64,000 bases of DNA from Candidatus Latescibacterota bacterium (lineage in GTDB: Bacteria; Latescibacterota; UBA2968): contig OZ241986.1 in assembly GCA_965204375.1 (NCBI GenBank), positions 1,664,001-1,728,000 on the forward strand, read 5' to 3'. Positions 46,701-53,218 of this stretch are shown here, piece by piece; position 1 is the stretch's first letter, and each line of letters opens with the position of its first letter. The notes below the pieces were generated by a model. It did no database searches. It worked only from the letters and a program-made list of their open reading frames with translations, and was not told the DNA's origin. Made by a program: the position numbers and the translations under genes.

Positions 46701-48478
46701 CAGCGACCACCATTTTGGGCGTTTTGCCTCTGGCACTCACGTTTGGCGGCGATTACGAAATTTGGCCGCCCTTTGCGATTACGGTGCTGGGGGGAATGGC
46801 GGTTTCAATGGTATCTACCCTCGTATTTATACCCGTGATGTACATGGGAATTGACCAGATCAAAGCCTGGTTGGCGGATATTGGCTGGTTCGGGATCGTA
46901 TTGGGGACGGCAGCCGCTGCGGGATTGACGTATTGGGTTGACGATTATTACCAGAGTTTGTTCTGGACCTGTCTTTTGGCATTGCCGGCGTGGATGTTGT
47001 GTATGAGCGTGGTCTGGATTGTGCAACGCATTTATCGCGCGCGTATGGCTTCTCTTGCTGAGATCGGGAATATTGAATATCTCGAAATTCGCAATCTGAC
47101 AAAAATTTACGGCGCGCCGGGGCGGTTTAAGCACGAATGGGATCGCTTCAAGCGCCGCAATCAGCGCCTTTTAGAGCGCGGACAGGTATTGGTAGATAAA
47201 AAGGCGATTCGAGATAGTTTGTGGTGGAAGTTACCACTTGTGGTACTTTTGATCTATTTAGAAACCTATTTTGAACAGGGATCCTGGATCTTTTTGACGG
47301 GGCTTGCTATATGGGGTCTTATACATCACCTTGTGCTTTGCGCGGCAGCTTTGCGCGATTTTCAGATTGAGAACAGATGGATATCACAAATCGCCCAATT
47401 GATTTTGCCGCTGGTCTTTGTCGCCTTTATCCATTGGCGTTTGGAACTTATATCTTTGACTATAGCCACTTCTGCAATCTACTTTCTCTATCGCATCATC
47501 GGATTTTTGGCAAATCGCGTCGCACGAGGTCGCGTTGATCCCGAACATATACCGGGAAAGTTGGGCCCTGTAAAAGGCATTGTGTACCGCGGTGCTGCAG
47601 CCGTTCCCCTGATTGGCGTTCCCCGTCCGCAATTTCAGGCTCTCGGCGGTGTGAGTCTCGATATACCACGCGGCATGTTTGGCCTTCTGGGTCCCAATGG
47701 CGCGGGCAAGACCACGCTGATGCGAATTGTCTGTCGGGTTTTGTCGTCAAATTACGGATCTGTGCTCGCCAATGGCAAAATACCGCTTACACATCGGAAT
47801 ATGCAGGGGGTGATTGGATATTTGCCGCAGCACTTTGGCCTGTATCTTCACATGTCTGCGTATAATTATCTGGAATACCGCGCGCTTTTGGAGGGATTTA
47901 AGGACGGGGTGGCACGGCGCAATCGCGTACAGGAATGTCTGGAGCAGGTCAATCTGTGGGATAGGCGCGACGATCCGATCGGTTCATTCTCCGGCGGTAT
48001 GAAACAGCGTGTGGGTATTGCACAAACTCTGTTGCACTTGCCGCAAATTATTGTGGTGGATGAACCGACAGCGGGATTGGATCCACTCGAGCGAATCCGG
48101 TTCAGAAATTTGCTGGCGCGATTTAGCCAGGAAAAGATCATTATTTTTTCCACGCATATTGTGGAAGATATTTCGGGCAGTTGCAACCAATTGGCCGTGC
48201 TGAATCACGGTAAGCTGCTTTATACGGGAACCCCGATTGAGATGCGCGATTTGGCGCGCGATAAGGTGTGGGACGCCCTGCTACCAGATCAGCGCTTTGA
48301 AGCGTTAGAACGCGATCTGGATATGATTACGCATGTGCGCGTACCCGATGGGATTCGAGTGCGATTTCTCGCCACTGATCCCATCCCAGAAGCATGTCCA
48401 GTTACGCCCACCCTCGAAGATGCGTACCTCTACCTTTTGCGACATGGCGATGAATACAAACAGTCTAACATGGCGTGA
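43751..48478 (+). CDS. RND permease fused in-frame to a C-terminal ABC ATPase domain
   Basis: One 1575-aa ORF: full RND ([23 protein letters not shown]), extra TM helices, then [36 protein letters not shown], STH. Confidence 0.92.
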   Translation: [1575 protein letters not shown]

Positions 48479-49178
48479 GTTGCTCTTTTTCGTCGGAAAG
48501 ATGCACAGCCTGAGCATGAGAATCGTTTTTCACCGCAAAATGATTTTTATGTTCGGCGGAATTGTGGCGTATTACGCAATTTTGTACGCAATTGCAATCT
48601 GGCGTCCAGGCGAGGGGTTTTCAGTTGAGCAAGCCCTCCATGTATTGGTCGAAGTGCCGGGGACAGTGCTTGCAATTTATATGACGATGGATCTGGTGTC
48701 GGGGGAGAGGGATAAGGATACGCTTGAGATTTTGTTCAGCACGGCGATCAGCCACTATGCGACGTGGTCTGTGAGAATTGTGTCGATCAGCGCTGCACTA
48801 TTTGCCACGCTGATGGCAATGAGCACGATTTCCTACTATTTTTTCGCGGAGTTCCCCTATGTCCTGGGGGGATTGAATGCCTGTATTCCCGCCTTTTTTA
48901 TGGTGGGAGCCACATTTTTGTTTTCTGTTTTGTGTCGCAGTGGGAATGCGGCAGGTATGCTCGCTGTTGGGCTTTTGATTGCGATTTTGCTTTCTACCGA
49001 GACGTTTGAAGATACATCGTATTACCTTTTTCTCAAGCCATTTGATCCGCCTTCAGATTTAGATACCAGCCTGTGGGTAAATCGCGTAGTCTTAAACCGC
49101 ACGGGCATTGCCATTCTCGGTATATTGTTCATTTTTCTGGCTCTGAGACGAATGATAGAGCGCGAAAAGCTACTGTGA
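48444..49178 (+). CDS. ABC-2 type permease-like membrane protein
   Basis: About 6 hydrophobic helices; E.D..TLE.LFS motif typical of ABC-2 permeases; overlaps the previous gene's end. Confidence 0.8.
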   Translation: MAMNTNSLTWRELLFFVGKMHSLSMRIVFHRKMIFMFGGIVAYYAILYAIAIWRPGEGFSVEQALHVLVEVPGTVLAIYMTMDLVSGERDKDTLEILFSTAISHYATWSVRIVSISAALFATLMAMSTISYYFFAEFPYVLGGLNACIPAFFMVGATFLFSVLCRSGNAAGMLAVGLLIAILLSTETFEDTSYYLFLKPFDPPSDLDTSLWVNRVVLNRTGIAILGILFIFLALRRMIEREKLL

Positions 49179-49243
49179 TAGCGTCCAAAGCGTCCGCAGA
49201 TGACGCAGAAAGACGCAGATGAAAAGCAAAAGCAACATCCATA

Positions 49244-49279
49244 GAAAAGCCCCTCGTCAATATAGACCAAGGGCTTTTT
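49244..49279 (+). terminator. Intrinsic terminator ending the RND-ABC operon
   Basis: AAAAGCCC..GTC-loop-GAC..GGGCTTTTT. Confidence 0.65.
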
Positions 49280-49314
49280 ATGTTGTTTGAACTACCATTT
49301 GCAGGGATTTTTAA

Positions 49315-49836
49315 ATGAATAAAAATGTCGCCTATTCCGAGACCTCATGGCCGTTCATCCTTCCTGCGATTTTACTGTATTTGGCTATTGCTATAATAGT
49401 CGTTTATTTTAAGGGACTGGAATTTAGAACTTATTTGGCTATCGCTATTATATTTGTAGGAAGTTGCTATATGTTTCTGCTTTACTGGCGTTACGCAATT
49501 CAGATAGACGATACAACAATCTCGTTTGGTTATCACTTTACCGGAAAAGAAAAAGTTTTATTGAATACAATTGAGTATGCTGAGATTCTCATCTTTGATC
49601 GAAAAAATCCTACCACACGCTTCGGCATTAATAGATTGGGAGGGCCTCCTGTTCGGTTGACGGGGAGGTTGATCAGGTTGAGATTGAATGAAGAATACCT
49701 TACCCGGTATAAACTCAAGCGAAAAAAGAAGGTGAAACAATTAGTACTTGTATCGAGAAAGCCCGAATCGGTTTTGTCCGTGCTATCAGAAAAAGGCGTT
49801 CCAGTGCAACGGATGCAACGGCAAAGAACTGAATAA
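49315..49836 (+). CDS. Hypothetical membrane protein (2 TM helices plus a bacterial PH-like domain)
   Basis: Two hydrophobic helices, then I.ID...I.F, I....I, SRKPE; AT-rich. Confidence 0.6.
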   Translation: MNKNVAYSETSWPFILPAILLYLAIAIIVVYFKGLEFRTYLAIAIIFVGSCYMFLLYWRYAIQIDDTTISFGYHFTGKEKVLLNTIEYAEILIFDRKNPTTRFGINRLGGPPVRLTGRLIRLRLNEEYLTRYKLKRKKKVKQLVLVSRKPESVLSVLSEKGVPVQRMQRQRTE

Positions 49837-49924
49837 CATTTTTTTCTTTATCTTGCCCAAAATGTGCAATTTATATACCTTAGCACCTTAATATCTCATC
49901 ATAGGGTAGGGAAGGAGATCATTC

Positions 49925-50587
49925 ATGCAGTCACCACAGCCGCAACAAGAAGACATACTGGTCTGGTTCCTCAAGGTTTGGGGGCAGATTGAAGCAAATT
50001 ATATCAGAATCCTCACGGGATTTGGCATTGCCATTGTCGCTGCGCTGATAGTCCTCTTTTTTTATCGCACGCAAACACAACACGCAGAGGCGGCTCGCAT
50101 AGCTCTTGGAGACGTTTATATTGCGCTTTATGAAGGGCGCGTGGAGGATGCGCTTGCCGCATCTCAGGAAGTAATAGAAACCTATGCAGGTGAAGCCGAA
50201 GCGGGCGAAGCATTGATGGCGCTGGCCAATTTGCACTATGAAGAAGGACGTATCGCAGAGGCTCGCACATATTTTCAACAATATCTGAACGAATATCCAA
50301 CAGACGGACCATTGGGTTATGGTGCCTGGTCGGGTTTGGCATCATGTCTTGAAAGCGAAGAAAAATTCGCCGAAGCAGGCCAACAGTTCGCAGCCTTCGC
50401 CGAAGCACATCCCGGATCGCCTTTTGCGCCGATAGCTCTGAAGGAAGCCGGCAGATGTTACGAACTCGGAAAAATGCCTCAGCAGGCGAGCGATGCGTAT
50501 CAAAAGATCGTCAAAGAATACGATGAGTCATCCGTCACGAGATTTGCACGCGGGCAATTGAGCATGATGGGTATTGAGATAGATTAG
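49925..50587 (+). CDS. YfgM-like membrane-anchored TPR protein
   Basis: Single TM helix followed by TPR helices with YP/HP.S motifs; AAGGAG RBS. Confidence 0.8.
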   Translation: MQSPQPQQEDILVWFLKVWGQIEANYIRILTGFGIAIVAALIVLFFYRTQTQHAEAARIALGDVYIALYEGRVEDALAASQEVIETYAGEAEAGEALMALANLHYEEGRIAEARTYFQQYLNEYPTDGPLGYGAWSGLASCLESEEKFAEAGQQFAAFAEAHPGSPFAPIALKEAGRCYELGKMPQQASDAYQKIVKEYDESSVTRFARGQLSMMGIEID

Positions 50588-50619
50588 CGCAAATCTTTGA
50601 ATTTGGCACAATACCATAA

Positions 50620-50662
50620 ATAAAACCCTGGGAAGCAGAAAAACGCTTCTCAGGGTTTTATT
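50620..50662 (+). terminator. Intrinsic terminator
   Basis: AAAACCCTGGGAAGC-loop-GCTTCTCAGGGTTTTATTTTT. Confidence 0.75.
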
Positions 50663-50750
50663 TTTTAGGAAAAAGTCTTGAGGTTCCCAAATAGACCAAA
50701 ATTGGCCTGATTGGCAGATGATAGGACTCGTCAAAAAATAACAGCAAAAA

Positions 50751-50778
50751 TTGCGGTATAAGATACATTATGTAAACT
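50751..50778 (+). other. dif site (XerC/XerD chromosome dimer resolution)
   Basis: TTGCGGTATAA-GATACA-TTATGTAAACT has 11-6-11 architecture with ATAA/TTAT inner dyad; right arm is close to the E. coli XerD arm TTATGTTAAAT; intergenic; gene orientation converges here. Confidence 0.8.
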
Positions 50779-50851
50779 TAATGTAAAAACCAACCTGAAA
50801 CTGCTGTGTAATGCCCATCCTTGTATCAAAACTTCGTTTATACCCATTATT

Positions 50852-51478
50852 TCATTTTACCGGTGTTTGTGGCTGTTGGTCTCCCACATCCGCGTGTGCA
50901 AGTCCAAGAGCGCGTTGATATAACAGATCTGACAGCCGTTTATTCTCTTCGCGGAGTTTCTGAATCGTTTCAGCGTTTCTCTGAGCGGTTATTTCCACTT
51001 CTTTTTGTTCTTTACGCAGCCAATTTGCGTCTTGTTCCGCTTGTTTTTCCCTTTCTTTTGCCATATTCAGCTCTTCTCGTGTCTTTTCGAGTTCTTCTTT
51101 TAGGGCACGTGCTTCCGTCCATCCAGAGGCTGATGACGCCTCTAATTGCGCATTGCGTTCGTTAACACTGCGAATTTCCGCTCTCAGCTCCCTTTCAACT
51201 GTTTCGATCGCTGCCAATTTTCCCAATTGCTGTTGTTGAGCTTCAAATTCAGATTTTTCGACGAGAATTTGATCGGGATTGTGGCTTATATCAATCTCAT
51301 TTTCTCTCATTTTTTTTCCATGTTTTTTCCTGAATAATTCCTCAATTTCATCTCTGGATATTCGCCAGGTCCCATTCCATTTTTCAGGCTTTAAAAAACC
51401 TCTATTTATGTAATTTCTTATTGTTTTATCGGTTACTTCGAGAATTTTCGCTGCTTCGCGGATTCCGTAACTTTCCAT
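50852..51478 (-). CDS. MerR/excisionase-like HTH (HTH_17) plus long coiled-coil protein
   Basis: YGIREAAKILEVTDKTIRNYI.RG.L...K..G.WRI N-terminus; E/K/Q/R heptad-like C-terminus. Confidence 0.8.
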   Translation of the reverse strand: MESYGIREAAKILEVTDKTIRNYINRGFLKPEKWNGTWRISRDEIEELFRKKHGKKMRENEIDISHNPDQILVEKSEFEAQQQQLGKLAAIETVERELRAEIRSVNERNAQLEASSASGWTEARALKEELEKTREELNMAKEREKQAEQDANWLRKEQKEVEITAQRNAETIQKLREENKRLSDLLYQRALGLAHADVGDQQPQTPVK

Positions 51479-51526
51479 CTTTTTCCCTTTTTTGAAGTTC
51501 CATTTTATTTACAATTATTTTCCATT

Positions 51527-51555
51527 AAATTAACACTATTTTTCCGTATTGTCAA
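51527..51555 (-). promoter_or_regulatory. Putative sigma70 promoter of the HTH/coiled-coil gene
   Basis: Minus strand reads TTGACA-17 nt-TAATTT with a TG extension. Confidence 0.6.
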
Positions 51556-51722
51556 GGAGCAAAATAACAAAAAAAGAGGCACAAATAATGAATTTTTGTT
51601 ATTTTTCGAGAAAAAGACGTATTTTACACGGATTTTCAAAAAATAAATGCGAAAAAACAACGAAAGGCTAAAATATGGCAAAAAACAAGACGATGTCTCA
51701 AAAAATGAATATTTCAATAAAT

Positions 51723-51840
51723 ATGGGACAAAAAACTAAGTATAAAAAATGGGACCGAAACTGAGTATAAAAAAACAGGAGAGATAGCTAAATTCAAAAA
51801 AACAAGGACCAGAGAGGATAAAACTGAAATTTGAAACAAA
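51723..51840. repeat. Degenerate ~26-bp direct repeats in an A-tract-rich intergenic region
   Basis: ATGGGACAAAAAACTAAGTATAAAAA (51723) and ATGGGACCGAAACTGAGTATAAAAAA (51749), then weaker copies. Confidence 0.5.
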
Positions 51841-51857
51841 AAGAGAGGAGAAAATAG

Positions 51858-52949
51858 TTGGAAAACTTAAAAAAAACCCCACTAAACGAAATACACCACA
51901 AAACCAACGCCCGAATGGTTCCATTTGGCGGCTGGGAAATGCCAGTCCAATACGAGGGGATAGTCGCGGAACATCAAGCGGTGCGATCACAAGCCGGACT
52001 TTTTGATGTCTCGCACATGGGAGAATTTGAATTTAGAGGCAAAGGAGCCAGGAAACTGGTCCAATATCTAACAGCGAATGACATAGACCTCATTGGTATT
52101 GGCCGCGGTCAGTATTCTTTATTCCTCAACAAAAATGGCGGCGCAATTGACGACATCATCGTTTACCGCCTCGGCGAGACAACCTACCTGATCGTCGTAA
52201 ACGCCTCAAATGTCGATAAAGACTGGAAACATGTCCAATCGATGGCAAAATCATTTCATAACGTTCAGATAACCAATCGCAGTGAAGAAATTGCCCTTCT
52301 CGCGCTTCAAGGACCAGGAGCAGAGGCTGTACTCTCCCCTATCGCGAGCCGGGACCTCTCTGAAATCGGTTTTTTCCGCATTCGCAAAGCAGAACTCGCG
52401 GGAATACCCGTTCATATTGCCCGCACGGGATATACTGGCGAAGGAATGAATGGATTTGAGATATTTACACGAACAGAAGACGCTGCGGCAATATGGAATG
52501 CCCTCATCGCATCACCCGATGTATCACCTGCAGGGTTGGGCGCACGGGATACACTCCGCATCGAAGCCTCCCTCCCCCTCTACGGTCAGGAACTCGACGA
52601 GGCAACAACACCATTAGAAGCCGGATTGCACAGATTCGTCTCACAGGCGGGCGGATTCTCGGGCGCCGAAGCCCTTGAGAAACAGCGCGCGAATGGCCCG
52701 ACAAAGACACTCGTGATGATCGAAATGATCGACCGCGGCATCCCCAGACATGGTTACGAAATCCTGGATTGTTCGGGAAATACAATTGGCCAAGTCACCA
52801 GTGGCACAACCGCGCCCTATCTAAAAAAGAATATCGCAATGGGTTATGTCCCTCCCAATTATTCAGAAATTGGGACAGAACTCGCCATTGCGATCCGAAA
52901 CCGCGCCCTCAAAGCGCGAATTGTTCCCAGACCTTTTTTTAAGCGGTAA
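51858..52949 (+). CDS. gcvT: Glycine cleavage system aminomethyltransferase T
   Basis: KTPL, FGGWEMPVQY, GLFDVSHMGE, ALQGP, RTGYTGE, GLGARDTLR.EA...LYG. Confidence 0.96.
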   Translation: MENLKKTPLNEIHHKTNARMVPFGGWEMPVQYEGIVAEHQAVRSQAGLFDVSHMGEFEFRGKGARKLVQYLTANDIDLIGIGRGQYSLFLNKNGGAIDDIIVYRLGETTYLIVVNASNVDKDWKHVQSMAKSFHNVQITNRSEEIALLALQGPGAEAVLSPIASRDLSEIGFFRIRKAELAGIPVHIARTGYTGEGMNGFEIFTRTEDAAAIWNALIASPDVSPAGLGARDTLRIEASLPLYGQELDEATTPLEAGLHRFVSQAGGFSGAEALEKQRANGPTKTLVMIEMIDRGIPRHGYEILDCSGNTIGQVTSGTTAPYLKKNIAMGYVPPNYSEIGTELAIAIRNRALKARIVPRPFFKR

Positions 52950-52956
52950 CTCTATA

Positions 52957-53151
52957 CAATACTTCGGACAGTTTTTGGCTGTAGAAGGTTCTTTGAAATC
53001 AACAAGTTATATGAGGCCAAATGTTTTATTTTTTACTTAGGTCTGCACCCTGAGTTTGATAAAAAAACATGTCCTTCTATAAACCATTGTTTTATGGAAA
53101 CTTAGAATTTTAGGCTGGTTAAAAATCTATCGAAAAGTGTCCGAACCATTG
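52957..53151. mobile_element. 195-bp MITE with terminal inverted repeats and a 6-bp target-site duplication
   Basis: Left end CAATACTTCGGACAGTTT, right end (reverse complement) CAATGGTTCGGACACTTT; TCTATA directly repeated at 52951-52956 and 53152-53157. Confidence 0.75.
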
Positions 53152-53159
53152 TCTATAAA

Positions 53160-53199
53160 AAATAAAAAGAGACAGGTTTTCACCTGTCTCTTTTTATTT
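53160..53199. terminator. Bidirectional terminator between gcvT and leuS
   Basis: AAATAAAAAGAGACAGGT-loop-ACCTGTCTCTTTTTATTT. Confidence 0.85.
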
Positions 53200-53218
53200 G
53201 TAACATTCCTTGTAACGG

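Noticed and set aside
49190-49225. CGCAGATGACGCAGAAAGACGCAGATG short repeat
   Set aside because: Only three degenerate 9-bp units at a single locus in the window; may be a REP-like remnant but cannot be supported further.
51480-51857. AT-rich region as oriC, or a glycine riboswitch before gcvT
   Set aside because: No TTATCCACA-type DnaA box cluster seen, genes converge rather than diverge, and dif is adjacent. The A-rich strand has little pairing potential for glycine aptamers.
45670-52577. KOPS-like GGGNAGGG motifs pointing at dif (45670, 49904; reverse at 52570)
   Set aside because: Too few to be significant, a wrongly oriented copy occurs near 29374, and the KOPS motif of this lineage is unknown.
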